Notes: generated by a model not told the origin, from the sequence alone. Shown: positions 8,595 through 19,850, counted from the first letter of the stretch. The stretch: 32,000 bases of DNA from Cylindrospermopsis raciborskii Cr2010 (GCF_003367075.2 NZ_CP065936.1:330001-362000), one strand, 5' to 3'. Program-made: numbers and translations.

Positions 8595-10541
8595 ATGATT
8601 ATGGAAACTACTGTTCAAAATGCTATTCAAAATAATAATCACCATAACATTGAATTTCAAGATGCTTATGATGTAATTGTAGTAGGCGCAGGTCATGCTG
8701 GTTGTGAAGCAGCTTTAGCTGCTGCTCGTCTTGGTTGTCCTACCCTATTGTTAACCCTGAATCTGGATAAAATCGCTTGGCAACCATGTAATCCAGCGGT
8801 GGGAGGTCCAGCCAAATCCCAACTCACCCATGAAGTGGATGCTTTAGGTGGGGAAATTGGTAAAATGGCAGACCGTACCTACCTGCAAAAACGAGTCCTG
8901 AACTCCTCTCGAGGTCCAGCAGTTTGGGCCCTACGAGCTCAAACTGATAAACGTGAATATGCAGCTGTGATGAAGGGAATTGTGGAAAACCAAGAGAACC
9001 TGACCATTCGGGAAGCTATGGTAACCGACTTGGTTTTGGGCAAAAACGATGAAATAATTGGGGTTGAAACCTATTTTGGTGTGGCTTTTGCATGTAAAGC
9101 TGTGATTTTAACTACAGGAACCTTTTTAGGAGGGAGAATTTGGGTAGGAAATAAATCCATGGAAGCTGGTCGAGCAGGAGAATTTGCAGCAGTGGGTTTA
9201 ACTACCACCCTCCATCGCTTGGGTTTTGAAACTGGAAGATTGAAAACTGGAACTCCCGCTCGGGTGGATAAGCGATCTGTAGATTACAGCAAAATGGAAA
9301 TCCAACCGGGAGATGGGGAAGTCCGTTGGTTTAGCTTTGACCCGCAAGTATGGGTAGAAAAAGAGCAAATTCCCTGTTACATGACCCGCACTACTCCAGA
9401 AACCCATCGTCTCATTCAAGAAAATCTAGGTCTATCTCCCGTATATGGGGGTTGGGTGGATGCTAAAGGTCCTCGTTATTGTCCCAGCATCGAGGATAAG
9501 ATAGTGCGGTTCGCAGACAAGGAAAGTCATCAGATATTTATTGAACCAGAAGGAAGAGATATACCCGAACTCTATATTCAGGGTTTTTCCACGGGATTAC
9601 CAGAAACTTTGCAAATCCTCATGTTGAGAAGTCTTCCGGGTTTGGAAAAATGTGTGATGTTACGTCCAGCTTACGCTGTGGAGTACGACTACTTGCCTGC
9701 AACTCAATGCTACCCATCTTTAATGACTAAAAAAATAGAAGGTCTTTTTTGTGCCGGACAAATTAATGGGACAACGGGTTATGAAGAGGCAGCTGCTCAA
9801 GGATTGGTGGCGGGCATTAATGCGGTTCAGTTTGCCCAAGGTCGAGAAATGGTGATTTTTCCCCGGGAACAAAGTTATATTGGCACTTTAATTGATGATT
9901 TGTGCACGAAGGATTTACGAGAACCCTATCGTATGCTCACCAGTCGCTCAGAATATCGGTTGTTACTAAGATCTGATAATGCGGATCAACGTATGACCCC
10001 CCTAGGAAGAGCAATAGGTTTAATTGATGACAGAAGATGGAATTTGTTTACTAGAAAACAAGAACAAATTATTGGGGAAAAGGAAAGACTCCATTCCACC
10101 AGAATTAAGGAGCATGAGGATATTGGTAGGTTGATTACTCAACATACTCAACAGGTTATTAAGGGTTCCATCACCCTCGCAGATCTGTTGCGTCGTCCAG
10201 AAATCCATTATTCTGATTTGGAAAGATACGGACTTGGCAATCCCCATCTCCATGGAGCGGAAAAGGAAGGTGCGGAAATAGATATTAAGTATTCTGGGTA
10301 TTTAGCCAGACAGCAAAACCAAATCGACCAAATCGCTCGTCAAGCAAATCGCCATCTACCCCCCAATTTGGATTATAATTCTATTACCACTCTTTCTAAG
10401 GAAGCTAGGGAAAAACTCACCACGGTTAAACCTCTCACGGTTGGACAAGCATCCCGCATTGGAGGAGTTAACCCTGCTGATATTAATGCCCTACTTGTCT
10501 ATCTGGAAACTAGACAAAATTTGACCACATCCCCTTGGTAA
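8595..10541 (+). CDS. mnmG: tRNA uridine 5-carboxymethylaminomethyl modification enzyme MnmG (GidA)
   Basis: FAD motif [16 protein letters not shown]. GidA signatures [41 protein letters not shown]. 648 aa. Confidence 0.95.
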   Translation: MIMETTVQNAIQNNNHHNIEFQDAYDVIVVGAGHAGCEAALAAARLGCPTLLLTLNLDKIAWQPCNPAVGGPAKSQLTHEVDALGGEIGKMADRTYLQKRVLNSSRGPAVWALRAQTDKREYAAVMKGIVENQENLTIREAMVTDLVLGKNDEIIGVETYFGVAFACKAVILTTGTFLGGRIWVGNKSMEAGRAGEFAAVGLTTTLHRLGFETGRLKTGTPARVDKRSVDYSKMEIQPGDGEVRWFSFDPQVWVEKEQIPCYMTRTTPETHRLIQENLGLSPVYGGWVDAKGPRYCPSIEDKIVRFADKESHQIFIEPEGRDIPELYIQGFSTGLPETLQILMLRSLPGLEKCVMLRPAYAVEYDYLPATQCYPSLMTKKIEGLFCAGQINGTTGYEEAAAQGLVAGINAVQFAQGREMVIFPREQSYIGTLIDDLCTKDLREPYRMLTSRSEYRLLLRSDNADQRMTPLGRAIGLIDDRRWNLFTRKQEQIIGEKERLHSTRIKEHEDIGRLITQHTQQVIKGSITLADLLRRPEIHYSDLERYGLGNPHLHGAEKEGAEIDIKYSGYLARQQNQIDQIARQANRHLPPNLDYNSITTLSKEAREKLTTVKPLTVGQASRIGGVNPADINALLVYLETRQNLTTSPW

Positions 10542-10549
10542 TAATGGAG

Positions 10550-11092
10550 TTAATGTTCTATTATATAGCCAGCCCACATAAAACTAGCAGTTAATACGGT
10601 AGCTAGACCCACCAAAATACCCCTTAATAGTTTGACCTGGGAGCGGAGTTGTGTTACTTCATGGTTAACTTCATAAATTTGGTCTTGAGTCATGGGAGGT
10701 AGGGAATTAATATCTTTAATTACTTCCACCCTAGGACTTGGTAAGGGTGTAGGTTGGGGGGGTTTAAACTCTATTTGGGTATGTAACCAGTCAGCAATGA
10801 GTTGGGGGCAATTTTTTTTGAACCATTGCCAAGCAATCATCCGGAATGCGGGTTTGGATGTTTTCGAGATCCATTTTAAGAGCTTATTTATAGTACCGTA
10901 GCGAAACTTTTGGTTAATTAGATTATTGGCACCGATATCATAAAGACAATTCAAGATTAGTTTAATAGTGGACTCTTCCCTTTGAAACATACTAGATAAT
11001 AGTATTAACACATCCTGCATTAGTTTTTCTTCTAATTGAGCTTCGGTGGGTAATTTCCCGAATTGGTTGGGTGCGGGCAATTGTTGAGACAT
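10550..11092 (-). CDS. hypothetical protein with C-terminal transmembrane anchor
   Basis: 180-aa ORF. Hydrophobic C-terminal segment LLRGILVGLATVLTASFMWAGYII and a proline-rich linker PPQPTPLPSP. No family recognised. Confidence 0.6.
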   Translation of the reverse strand: MSQQLPAPNQFGKLPTEAQLEEKLMQDVLILLSSMFQREESTIKLILNCLYDIGANNLINQKFRYGTINKLLKWISKTSKPAFRMIAWQWFKKNCPQLIADWLHTQIEFKPPQPTPLPSPRVEVIKDINSLPPMTQDQIYEVNHEVTQLRSQVKLLRGILVGLATVLTASFMWAGYIIEH

Positions 11093-11368
11093 AAATTTGA
11101 CACACTCTCAGTAGAAGCAGTGTAAGTTAAAGTGAGTATTTACAAGGTGGGAACACACTTGAAAATACGGATAATTAACGTCCTTGCCAAAAGATAGCAC
11201 CTTGAGCGGTATTAATTAACCAGTATTCAACCGATTGTTAAAAAAACTTAATATCCGGATGAAAATTACCAGAACTGGAAAGCACTATATGAACTGGTAG
11301 ATAGATTTTTAATTTTTGTGGCGTTGCAGCAGTGTTGAATCTGATATGGCAAGTGTTGTACCGTAGCG

Positions 11369-13303
11369 ATGATAGTGTATACATTTTTGGAAGTGAGTCC
11401 TGCGATGGTTAAACTCCGTCAATCTTCCTTTAGACGAATTTTAGTAACCAGAATATTACTGGTCTTTGTTCCGGTTTTATTAATTGGGGAAATAGCCGCA
11501 CTGAATAAAGCACGTTCAAGCTTGCTAAATAATGTTCGGCAAAATTTAATTGATAGTGCGATTAATAAAGGAGAGAAAATTACAGATGCGATCGCCACCC
11601 TAGAAACCAATTTACTGACAGCTACTCAGACTCAAGCGATAAAATCGGGGTCAGTTATAGAAGTGGAAAAATTAATCAAGCAAATAGAGAGATTATTGCC
11701 CAATCAAATTGATTGTATTCAACTCAATCATCTTGATAATAGGGATGATAGGAATCCGGTGATTGCTAGTAGCTGTGGCGATCAACCTTTGATAGAAAAT
11801 AGTATGTCATGGATTAATAGTCAATTTTCTGGTGGAATTAGTCATCAGGTTCACATTACACCAGTTTTACCATTGAAATCGGGAATTACTGGTAAACGTC
11901 CTGCAGAAAACCAACTGGAATTAGTTTTGTCAGCACCAGTGTATAATCAGCGGGGAAATTTGGCTTATGTTTTAATTATTAAAACTACACTACACCGACA
12001 AATGGAAAATCAACGAGGTTCTCTCATTGGTGCTTTAGTAGTGATTAGTGAAGACGGGACTATTCTGGCCCATCCATCTTTAGAAACCATAGGAACTAAT
12101 ATTAATAAATATACAGATTTGCAGCAGCTAAAAGGAGTTATTAAAGATGCTCTTGAGGGTAATAATAACTCCATAAATTTTCATTTTAGCGACGGAGAGG
12201 ACTCGGTAGCTGGGTATACAGCTATTCCCAATCCCATTACTAAACAAAGACAGGAAAAATGGGTGATATTAGCTGTTGCTAGTGTTAGAGATGCTCTTTT
12301 AGGATTAGATCAGATTAAACTGATACTTATTGCTTTAACAGTTGGTTTGGTAGGTGCTAGTTTATTGGTTTCCTTGTATTTGGCACCTTTGTTAGCAGAT
12401 CCTGTAGAGGAGTTAAGGGACTATGCTTTAAATATTCACAGTCATCATGCAGTACAACCAATTCCGCGCAATTTTAGAATTAAGGAGTTTAATCAATTAG
12501 CTCAAGCACTGGATCAAATGGTGGAACGACTGAAAGCATGGACAGAAGAGTTAGAAATGGCTTGGAAGGAGGCTAAATCAGCTAACACCGTCAAAAGTCA
12601 GTTTTTAGCCAACACATCCCATGAATTGAGAAATCCCCTCAATATTATTATTAACTGTGTGCGTTTAGTGAGAGATGGTTTATGTGACGATAAGGAGGAG
12701 GAATTAGAGTTTTTAAAAAAAGCTGATGATACAGCAATTCATCTTTTAGGGATTATTAATGATTTGTTAGATATTTCTAAAATAGAAGCTGGTAAACTTT
12801 CGGTGGTGATGATTCCGTTGGAATTACGCCAATTATTACTAGAAGTAATTAATTTACAATCAGTCAACGTGCAAAAGAAGGGACTGCAATTAAAATGTGA
12901 AATATCAGAGCAAGTTATCCCTATTAAGGGTGATAGAATCAAACTCAAACAGGTGCTGATCAATGTTATTGGTAATGCCACTAAATTCACTGAAGAAGGA
13001 AGTATTACAATTAGCACTAAAGTTATCAAACAACATAGTAAATTATATGTGGTTATTTCCGTGGTGGATACTGGTATAGGTATAGATCCACAGCAGCAGC
13101 AAAAATTATTTCGTCCCTTTGTGATGGTAGATGGTACGACCACGCGCAAATTTGAGGGAACGGGTTTAGGATTAGCTATTTCCCGCAATTTGATTGAATT
13201 AATGGGGGGGAAAATTACTTTGGAAAGTTTGGGTTTAAATCGGGGAACAACGGTTAAGATTATTCTACCACTTATAGATATTTCTCTGCTTATTAGTAGT
13301 TAG
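11369..13303 (+). CDS. sensor histidine kinase (periplasmic Cache-like domain, HAMP-like linker, HisKA, HATPase_c)
   Basis: N-terminal TM and second TM (LILIALTVGLVGASLLVSLYLAPLL). H-box SHELRNPLN. N-box INVIGNATKFT. G-boxes DTGIGI and GTGLGL. No adjacent response regulator. Alternative start at 11405. Confidence 0.9.
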   Translation: MIVYTFLEVSPAMVKLRQSSFRRILVTRILLVFVPVLLIGEIAALNKARSSLLNNVRQNLIDSAINKGEKITDAIATLETNLLTATQTQAIKSGSVIEVEKLIKQIERLLPNQIDCIQLNHLDNRDDRNPVIASSCGDQPLIENSMSWINSQFSGGISHQVHITPVLPLKSGITGKRPAENQLELVLSAPVYNQRGNLAYVLIIKTTLHRQMENQRGSLIGALVVISEDGTILAHPSLETIGTNINKYTDLQQLKGVIKDALEGNNNSINFHFSDGEDSVAGYTAIPNPITKQRQEKWVILAVASVRDALLGLDQIKLILIALTVGLVGASLLVSLYLAPLLADPVEELRDYALNIHSHHAVQPIPRNFRIKEFNQLAQALDQMVERLKAWTEELEMAWKEAKSANTVKSQFLANTSHELRNPLNIIINCVRLVRDGLCDDKEEELEFLKKADDTAIHLLGIINDLLDISKIEAGKLSVVMIPLELRQLLLEVINLQSVNVQKKGLQLKCEISEQVIPIKGDRIKLKQVLINVIGNATKFTEEGSITISTKVIKQHSKLYVVISVVDTGIGIDPQQQQKLFRPFVMVDGTTTRKFEGTGLGLAISRNLIELMGGKITLESLGLNRGTTVKIILPLIDISLLISS

Positions 13304-13334
13304 GTTGACCCAATAATTTAAGTGTTATTTGACT

Positions 13335-13356
13335 CCCCGGTCTAAAGACACGGGGG
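13335..13356. terminator. stem-loop between convergent genes (kinase / cysE)
   Basis: CCCCGGTC-taaa-GAC(a)CGGGG gives 8 bp with one bulge. No U-tract on either side, so terminator function is inferred only from its position. Confidence 0.35.
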
Positions 13357-13407
13357 TTCAGGAGAAGTCAACCATATTTGCACATTTTAGACCCAAATTT
13401 TTGATAA

Positions 13408-14196
13408 CTAAATACCCGCACCATCCAAAAATTCTTGTATGGCTTTATCGCGAATATGACAGAGTTTCTGTTCCCTAGGTGATTCTTGATCTGCTATTAG
13501 TTTACCCACTAAAACTGGGCTCTTCAGATAACTAGGGAAAGATGGAATTGGGTCTTTGAGATTTTTGATTTCTTCCTCTAGCATTTCAATACGATTAACT
13601 AAAGCTCGAATTGCTTCTGCTTCAGAATCAGGTAGATTATTATGTTCCAAGGGAGCAATACGCACCCCTGAACGATAGATAATTCTCCCTGGTATACCAA
13701 CAACAGTACAATTGGATGGTACATCCCTGAGTACTACCGAACCTGCACCAATACGAACATTACTACCTATTTGGAGATTACCTAACACCTTAGCACCCGC
13801 ACCAACAACCACGTTTTCTCCCAGGGTGGGGTGACGTTTACCGCTTTGTTTACCCGTACCACCTAGGGTTACACCCTGATATATAAGAGCATAATCACCC
13901 ACAATGGCAGTTTCTCCAATCACCACTCCCATACCATGGTCAATAAATACTCCTTTACCAATTACCGCACCTGGATGTATTTCCACACCCGTGAAAAATC
14001 TAGCTATCTGGGAAATGAGACGGGGAATTAGGGGAATACCCATGGTATGTAGGGTATGTGCTATTCTATGGAAGATGAGAGCTTGTAAACCCGGATAGCA
14101 AAATAAAACTTCCAACCAGTTGCGAGCAGCTGGATCCCGTTCAAAGATAATACGAAAATCGTCACGCAGTGTAGATAGCATCGAGATATTATCCAA
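13408..14196 (-). CDS. cysE: serine O-acetyltransferase
   Basis: SATase N-terminal region ([27 protein letters not shown]) followed by hexapeptide repeats ([31 protein letters not shown]...). Confidence 0.93.
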   Translation of the reverse strand: MDNISMLSTLRDDFRIIFERDPAARNWLEVLFCYPGLQALIFHRIAHTLHTMGIPLIPRLISQIARFFTGVEIHPGAVIGKGVFIDHGMGVVIGETAIVGDYALIYQGVTLGGTGKQSGKRHPTLGENVVVGAGAKVLGNLQIGSNVRIGAGSVVLRDVPSNCTVVGIPGRIIYRSGVRIAPLEHNNLPDSEAEAIRALVNRIEMLEEEIKNLKDPIPSFPSYLKSPVLVGKLIADQESPREQKLCHIRDKAIQEFLDGAGI

Positions 14197-14269
14197 AAAA
14201 GCTACTTTCTTATTTTAAATCATAGGGCACTAGATTTCCAACTCTGGTGAAAAATATTGGTCAAAGTCT

Positions 14270-15961
14270 TTAATCTTTAAGCTGGAAAAACACTCCACCT
14301 TTCCACATCCCTGGGTTCTGACCATAATTGTTAATTGTGAGCGATCGCAAGTTTTTAAAAAGTGGTTGAGCGAACAATTCCCCCAATGGAACTAGGGGTT
14401 GTTGACTTTCGAGAAATCTTTGACTTTTTTGCCAGTCCATATACACATAACCCTGGTTGGTTTGTGATCTATGACCAGCAGCTGTCTTAAATTGGCGGTT
14501 TTGGGTAAGGGGATTTTCTTGATGGGTGAGGATTTTTTCCATTGTTAAAATATCGGAAGCAAAAATTTCATAGTTATCAACTGTTGTATGAAGACCTATG
14601 ATTTGTGCATCTACAACTTTATTAAGGAATTTTAGTTTTGTCCATGCAAAAATTGTTTGGTCATTTAATGGGAACGAACTAACATTAAATCCCTGTTTTA
14701 CAGCTACAGTATTTAAGTGAGCAATCCCCTGGATTAGACTGGGGGAATTTTCCACAATAAAGGTCCAATGAGTATTATCCTCCAAACTAGGAAAAATCCC
14801 CAGAGCATATTCGCCATCTATCCAACTGAAAATATCATTGGCCAAGGTGATTCCTAATTGTTCTTGAATTTCCCACAAATGTGGTAATAACCTACGAGTA
14901 CCTATAGTTGGGGATCCGTAAATAGTAGTTGTTGCTTGTTGCCAAAGTTTATTTATACTACTCTCCTCCTGGAGATTAGCGCCAATAATTGCTAAACCAA
15001 CAGATTCCGGAAGATAATTCACAGCATTATTTAACCTTGCCCTAGATGCTTGGTTAGGAACCGGGGATGGGTTAAAAAATCCAGTTTCTACCAACAAACC
15101 ATCAGGATTTAACACTAAGGAAAGAAGCTGACTATCATAGTTGGCAGAACTTGATGTTTCTGGAAACTCTAAATTTTGCCATCTTGCCAAATATGGTAAA
15201 TTAAAATATCCCAGAGCTAGGGCATTTTTAGGCAGTTCTTGAATAGCTTTTTGATATTTGGGAGAACTGACTAAATTCAAATTCGGAGCTTGAACATTAT
15301 TAATTGACTCTTTTAAAACCTTGATATCATTGGCAAACAAAACATATTTACCTACAACCGCACCAGCTAAAGAACTGTTGATTTCAAACCCCGAAAATTG
15401 ACTGGATATTAACTTGTTTTCACTGGGCAGATCATAAACCAACTTTGTACCATTATATTTTGCAACTTCTAGTGTTTTTCCTAATAAAGCTCTTTGAGAA
15501 AATAATAATTTAATAAACTCCCGGCTTTCAGTTGGATCCTCCGTTTCCAATATCATTAAATATCCCGGTTGCATGCCATTATCTGGGTTACGGTCTAGAT
15601 CCCCAGTGGTAACAACCAAGCTAATTTCCTTACCTAACCAGGATTGAATATCATTAGTTATATTTTTTGCCAATAATTTGGCGATCGCCTGAGTAAATTC
15701 CCGGTCTAAAGATTGTAACTCCTGGGGATTAACCAGTAGAGATATCATTGCAGGTGATGTTCGAGAAACAAACATACTAGCCCCCGGGTGAGAAATGGGG
15801 GTAATAGTCTTACTTGTATGGGGGAGCCAGTATAAGCCAGTAGTAGCAATTAACAGCAAAGTAATAATACCAGCCAAGATCCAACCAAAAGATAAGCGTT
15901 GATAATTCGCGTTCAAATTATTCACTTTTAACCTACTTTCCCGCTTTTTTGTCGCCACCAT
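14270..15961 (-). CDS. N-terminally membrane-anchored conserved cyanobacterial protein (DUF3352-like)
   Basis: Long ORF. TM helix WILAGIITLLLIATTGLYWL after a basic N-terminus. Start chosen at the ATG at 15961 (MVATKKR) to avoid overlap with the divergent gene. The family label is from memory and unverified. Confidence 0.7.
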   Translation of the reverse strand: MVATKKRESRLKVNNLNANYQRLSFGWILAGIITLLLIATTGLYWLPHTSKTITPISHPGASMFVSRTSPAMISLLVNPQELQSLDREFTQAIAKLLAKNITNDIQSWLGKEISLVVTTGDLDRNPDNGMQPGYLMILETEDPTESREFIKLLFSQRALLGKTLEVAKYNGTKLVYDLPSENKLISSQFSGFEINSSLAGAVVGKYVLFANDIKVLKESINNVQAPNLNLVSSPKYQKAIQELPKNALALGYFNLPYLARWQNLEFPETSSSANYDSQLLSLVLNPDGLLVETGFFNPSPVPNQASRARLNNAVNYLPESVGLAIIGANLQEESSINKLWQQATTTIYGSPTIGTRRLLPHLWEIQEQLGITLANDIFSWIDGEYALGIFPSLEDNTHWTFIVENSPSLIQGIAHLNTVAVKQGFNVSSFPLNDQTIFAWTKLKFLNKVVDAQIIGLHTTVDNYEIFASDILTMEKILTHQENPLTQNRQFKTAAGHRSQTNQGYVYMDWQKSQRFLESQQPLVPLGELFAQPLFKNLRSLTINNYGQNPGMWKGGVFFQLKD

Positions 15962-16001
15962 ATAGTATAATTTGAGTTGGCAGTTTAACAATTATGTTAC
16001 G

Positions 16002-16349
16002 ATGACTGATCAATCTTTTAAAGAAATTCGAGTTCAAGAACTACAACAACGTTTAATCCAGGATGGTTCAAATTTACAGTTACTAGACGTGCGAGAACCA
16101 CAAGAGATTGCCATAGCACAAATTTCTGGTTTTGTCAATCTCCCCCTGAGTGAATATAATCAATGGCAAGGAGAAATTTCCACCCGTTTTGATACTTCTA
16201 AGGAAACCCTGGTATTATGCCACCATGGTTCAAGATCTGCTCAAATGTGCCAATGGCTTTTATCTCAGGGATTTAGAGACGTTAGTAATATTGTAGGTGG
16301 GATAGATGCCTATTCTCTCTTGGTCGATAACTCCATACCTCGATATTAA
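16002..16349 (+). CDS. rhodanese-domain sulfurtransferase (single domain)
   Basis: Active-site loop CHHGSRS (CxxGxR-type) and LLDVREPQE. The track start at 15972 is TTG; ATG at 16002 (MTDQSF) is preferred. Confidence 0.85.
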   Translation: MTDQSFKEIRVQELQQRLIQDGSNLQLLDVREPQEIAIAQISGFVNLPLSEYNQWQGEISTRFDTSKETLVLCHHGSRSAQMCQWLLSQGFRDVSNIVGGIDAYSLLVDNSIPRY

Positions 16350-16386
16350 ACACTGTGTTTACAGATAGGAAGTGCTTCATCATCTT

Positions 16387-16411
16387 GCTACCCATTAAAA
16401 GGTAGCTTTTT
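16387..16411 (+). terminator. rho-independent terminator downstream of the rhodanese gene
   Basis: GCTACC-cattaaaa-GGTAGC followed by TTTTTG, 38 nt after the stop codon. Confidence 0.6.
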
Positions 16412-16637
16412 GTATCAGCAAGCACAAACTTTTGTAGAAAATTTATGGGAAGATTGTAGAATGGTTGGATATGGGTGATCCAGTATAAGTAATACAAATA
16501 TAGACAGGTACTGCAACTTGTTAGACTTTAGGTTTGTTAAAGTAATAGATTTTTAATTTCCCTTTATTTTTCCCTTGTCCGTGTCGCGAGACAAACTTTT
16601 GCACCCCTTAAAATACGCCTTCACCAAAATATACTTT

Positions 16638-17720
16638 ATGCAAGTCCAGCTGACAAATCGACAACAACATATACTATGGGCAACGGTAAGACATTACATT
16701 GCCACGGCGGAGCCAGTTGGTTCAAAAGCTTTAATTGAAGAGTTTGACCTTGGTATTAGTTCTGCCACTATTCGTAGTGTGATGGGCGTTTTAGAGAAAT
16801 CGGGTTTATTGTACCAACCCCATACTTCTGCGGGTAGGATTCCCTCGGATTCAGGTTATCGTATATATGTGAATCAGCTGATGAAACCGTCAGCAGCTTT
16901 AGTCAAGGAAGTGGAATCCACCTTACAGCAGCGACTACCTTGGGATGATTGGAGTTTAGAAGCCTTATTACAGGGTGCGGCACAGATTTTAGCGACTTTA
17001 AGTGGCTGTATTACCCTAATTACCATGCCACAAGCTAACACTACCCAAATCAGACACTTACAACTTTTACAAGTGGAAACGGGAAAAGTCATGGTGATTG
17101 TGGTCACTGATGGATATGAAACCCATTCCAAAGTGGTGGACTTGTTCCCAGAATCGGGTGTAAATCAACTGGAAGCAGAAACGATTGACAGAGAACTACA
17201 AATACTTTCTAACTTTTTAAATACCAGCTTGCGTAACTATACCTTATCAGATCTAGCCAATATGAATTGGAGTGAATTAGATCGGGAATTTCAAAGTTAT
17301 GGAGAACTGTTGAAAAAGTCCTTGACAGAATTACTCAAGCGTGCATCCAATCCACCAAATAGCCAAATTATGGTGCGGGGTGTGGGAGAGGTATTAAGAC
17401 AACCGGAATTTTCCCAGGTGCAGCAAGTACAAACAATAATGCATCTCCTAGAAGAAGAACAAGAACAACTATGGAAATTAATATGTGACGAACCGGAGAT
17501 AGAAGAAACTGGTCAACCCAAGGTAACAGTGCGCATTGGCACAGAAAATCCCTTAGAACCTATGAGAACCTGCTCCCTAATTTTTTCTAGTTATCGTAGG
17601 GGTACAGTACCTGTTGGAAGGGTAGGAGTTTTGGGACCAACTAGGTTAGACTATGAAAATGCCATTGCAGTGGTAGCAGCAGCAGCAGCATATCTTTCGG
17701 AAGCATTTAACTACTATTGA
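16638..17720 (+). CDS. hrcA: heat-inducible transcription repressor HrcA
   Basis: N-terminal winged-helix [28 protein letters not shown] plus [35 protein letters not shown]. The track start at 16575 is TTG; ATG at 16638 fits the usual HrcA N-terminus. Confidence 0.92.
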   Translation: MQVQLTNRQQHILWATVRHYIATAEPVGSKALIEEFDLGISSATIRSVMGVLEKSGLLYQPHTSAGRIPSDSGYRIYVNQLMKPSAALVKEVESTLQQRLPWDDWSLEALLQGAAQILATLSGCITLITMPQANTTQIRHLQLLQVETGKVMVIVVTDGYETHSKVVDLFPESGVNQLEAETIDRELQILSNFLNTSLRNYTLSDLANMNWSELDREFQSYGELLKKSLTELLKRASNPPNSQIMVRGVGEVLRQPEFSQVQQVQTIMHLLEEEQEQLWKLICDEPEIEETGQPKVTVRIGTENPLEPMRTCSLIFSSYRRGTVPVGRVGVLGPTRLDYENAIAVVAAAAAYLSEAFNYY

Positions 17721-17768
17721 TTTGCTATTGATGTTATGGTTTTAATTGGTGTGTAGAGGCGTGACAAA

Positions 17769-18416
17769 ATGTTCAGAAGAATCATGTTATTGGCAATATG
17801 GCTAGGGTTTGTCAGCTACGCCTTTTTCCTTGCTCCCCCTGATAACTTTCCCTTAACTGTAGAGCTAATCAAAAACCTGTGTATAGGAAATTGGCAAGGT
17901 ATTAATCCTGTGATTATCGCCCTATTTTATTTAATGGGAATTTGGCCTTTGGTGTATAGTGCAGTCTTGTTTTTTGATGGAAGGGGACAAAAAATAGTGG
18001 CTTGGCCATTTGCGTTTGCATCCTTTGGCGTTGGTGCTTTTGCCATTTTGCCCTATTTAGCTTTAAGAGCAGAAAACCCAGAATTTACGGGGGATAAAAA
18101 CTGGTTTTTAAAAAATTTCGACTCTCGATGGACAGGAATTTTATTAACTTTAGCAGCACTGGTTTTGGTAGGATATGGGTGGAGAGGGGATGGGTTTGAT
18201 TTTGTTCATCAATGGCAAACCAATAGATTTATTCATGTAATGACCCTGGATTTTTTGCTACTGAGTCTATTATTTCCCATACTATTGGGAGATGACATGA
18301 CGCGACGGGGTTGGCACAATCATCGATTATGGTGGTTATTTGCCTTGATTCCCCTTTTTGGTCCTTTGGTTTATTTGTGTGTTAGACCACCCATAAAAGA
18401 ATCAACCTCCCAATAA
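17769..18416 (+). CDS. multi-pass integral membrane protein, unknown function
   Basis: 215 aa with about 6 hydrophobic segments (LLAIWLGFVSYAFFLA, VIIALFYLMGIWPLVYSAVLFF, AFASFGVGAFAILPYLAL, ILLTLAALVLVGYGW, LDFLLLSLLFPILL, LWWLFALIPLFGPLVYL). Confidence 0.75.
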   Translation: MFRRIMLLAIWLGFVSYAFFLAPPDNFPLTVELIKNLCIGNWQGINPVIIALFYLMGIWPLVYSAVLFFDGRGQKIVAWPFAFASFGVGAFAILPYLALRAENPEFTGDKNWFLKNFDSRWTGILLTLAALVLVGYGWRGDGFDFVHQWQTNRFIHVMTLDFLLLSLLFPILLGDDMTRRGWHNHRLWWLFALIPLFGPLVYLCVRPPIKESTSQ

Positions 18417-18453
18417 TACCGGAGGTCAACAGTTGATAAAATAGATAAAATAT

Positions 18454-19212
18454 ATGCAGATCAACGAAAAAACAGATATTAAGAAACCACAACCTAGTCA
18501 AGATGAAAGCTTCTCAGCTAAAGAGTTTTTCAATAGACAGTGGGAAGTTTATCAAAAGGTATTAAACAATAATTACATGGGACATCAGGAAATATATGAT
18601 GTGCTACACAAATTATTAGCTGAATGGTCAAAACCCTTTACTATGCTAGATTTAGGGTGTGGGGATGCCAGTTTCACTAGTGGAGCTTTATTAAACACCC
18701 AAATTACTGAATATACAGGTGTAGACGTATCCACAGCTGCGTTGGTGGATGCTGAACAAAACATTGCCCTAATTGGATGCGAGAGAAAACTTGTGTCAGC
18801 AGACTGTTGGCAATTCACCAATGATTTAGTCCAAGATGGAACCCACAAATTTGATGTTGTTCTCATATCCTTCGCTCTTCACCATTTGCAACCGGAGGAA
18901 AAAGAACGGATAATTAATAATATCAGAACCCTGTTAAATCCCCATGGAGTTTTCATCCTTATTGACATCATCCGTCGAGAAAAGGAAGATCGGGAAAGTT
19001 ATATACAACGTTATTTAGGGAATGTGAAAAGGGACTGGTCTTTAATTGACCCCCAAGAGTATACAATGGTAGAAAATCATATTTCATCCAGTGATTTTCC
19101 TGAAACTCAGTCTTGGTTTCAAACCATCTCTCAAAAACTGGGTTTTAGCAACTTCACACCGGTTTATTGTGACAATTTAGATACTACAGAGCTATTGTGT
19201 TTTTATCGCTAG
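18454..19212 (+). CDS. class I SAM-dependent methyltransferase (small-molecule type)
   Basis: Motif I LDLGCGDASF, then an acidic post-I residue (GVDVS), then VVLISFALHHL. No DPPY/NPPY or PC/ENV DNA-methyltransferase motifs. Confidence 0.85.
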   Translation: MQINEKTDIKKPQPSQDESFSAKEFFNRQWEVYQKVLNNNYMGHQEIYDVLHKLLAEWSKPFTMLDLGCGDASFTSGALLNTQITEYTGVDVSTAALVDAEQNIALIGCERKLVSADCWQFTNDLVQDGTHKFDVVLISFALHHLQPEEKERIINNIRTLLNPHGVFILIDIIRREKEDRESYIQRYLGNVKRDWSLIDPQEYTMVENHISSSDFPETQSWFQTISQKLGFSNFTPVYCDNLDTTELLCFYR

Positions 19213-19224
19213 AGACTAGGAACT

Positions 19225-19827
19225 ATGCCATACAGTCAGTTCACATTTAGTAAAGTCAAAGAACAGTTTGACCTTACAGTTACTGAAGGCGTCCGGTTTT
19301 TTCCCCCAGATATTGACCCAATTGTACCTAGTCAAAAATTGCTAGCAATTTTAGAAGATATCCCATGGGCGATCGCAGTTGATACGGAAAAAGCTCGTTC
19401 TGAGGTAATTATTAACCCGGTGTTGTTAGAGCTGAGGCGTATATTTGATCGCCAGATCAGCATTTTTTCTGGGGAGGAATTTAGCGTTGATCCTGGAATA
19501 GGACTAACTGGATTTTGTGATTTTCTCATTAGTAAATCAGCGGAGCAGTTAGCTATCGAAGCACCTGCTATGGTAATTATAGAAGCAAAGAAGGCGGATT
19601 TAAAGGTTGGAATTGGGCAATGTATAGCGGAAATGGTAGCTGCACAGAGATTTAATCAAGCATGTAACCGACAAGTTTCCACAGTATATGGTTGTATTAG
19701 CAGCGGTACACAATGGCGATTTTTACAACTGGAAGGTTCCGTTGTTACTATTGATTTAACAGACTATCCTTTACCTCCAGTGGAGGTGATTTTAGGTTTT
19801 TTGGTTTGGATGATCAAAAACTGTTAA
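19225..19827 (+). CDS. stand-alone PD-(D/E)xK nuclease-fold protein, paralogue 2
   Basis: TEKARSE ... GFCDF ... VIIEAKK ... GIGQC. Colinear with 7910..8518 (shared YS-F, PS-KL, FSG--F-VDP--GLTG-CDF, EQL-I-AP, EAK, GQC, AAQ-FN, W-FLQL). Starts 12 nt after the methyltransferase stop. Confidence 0.85.
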   Translation: MPYSQFTFSKVKEQFDLTVTEGVRFFPPDIDPIVPSQKLLAILEDIPWAIAVDTEKARSEVIINPVLLELRRIFDRQISIFSGEEFSVDPGIGLTGFCDFLISKSAEQLAIEAPAMVIIEAKKADLKVGIGQCIAEMVAAQRFNQACNRQVSTVYGCISSGTQWRFLQLEGSVVTIDLTDYPLPPVEVILGFLVWMIKNC

Positions 19828-19850
19828 TAATAAACAGCATACCTGTGTTT

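Noticed and set aside
16282-16497. 71-aa minus-strand ORF spanning the rhodanese 3' end and the terminator
   Set aside because: It overlaps the rhodanese CDS and its rho-independent terminator. The sequence is low-complexity and Tyr/Leu-rich with no motif.
16350-16637. CIRCE operator (TTAGCACTC-N9-GAGTGCTAA) upstream of hrcA
   Set aside because: No match to the CIRCE inverted repeat was found in the hrcA upstream region or elsewhere in the window.
18454-19827. Classical type II restriction-modification system (methyltransferase + endonuclease)
   Set aside because: The methyltransferase lacks DNA-methyltransferase catalytic motifs (DPPY/NPPY/SPPY or PC..ENV) and looks like a small-molecule methyltransferase. 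The nuclease-fold protein also has a paralogue elsewhere without any methyltransferase.
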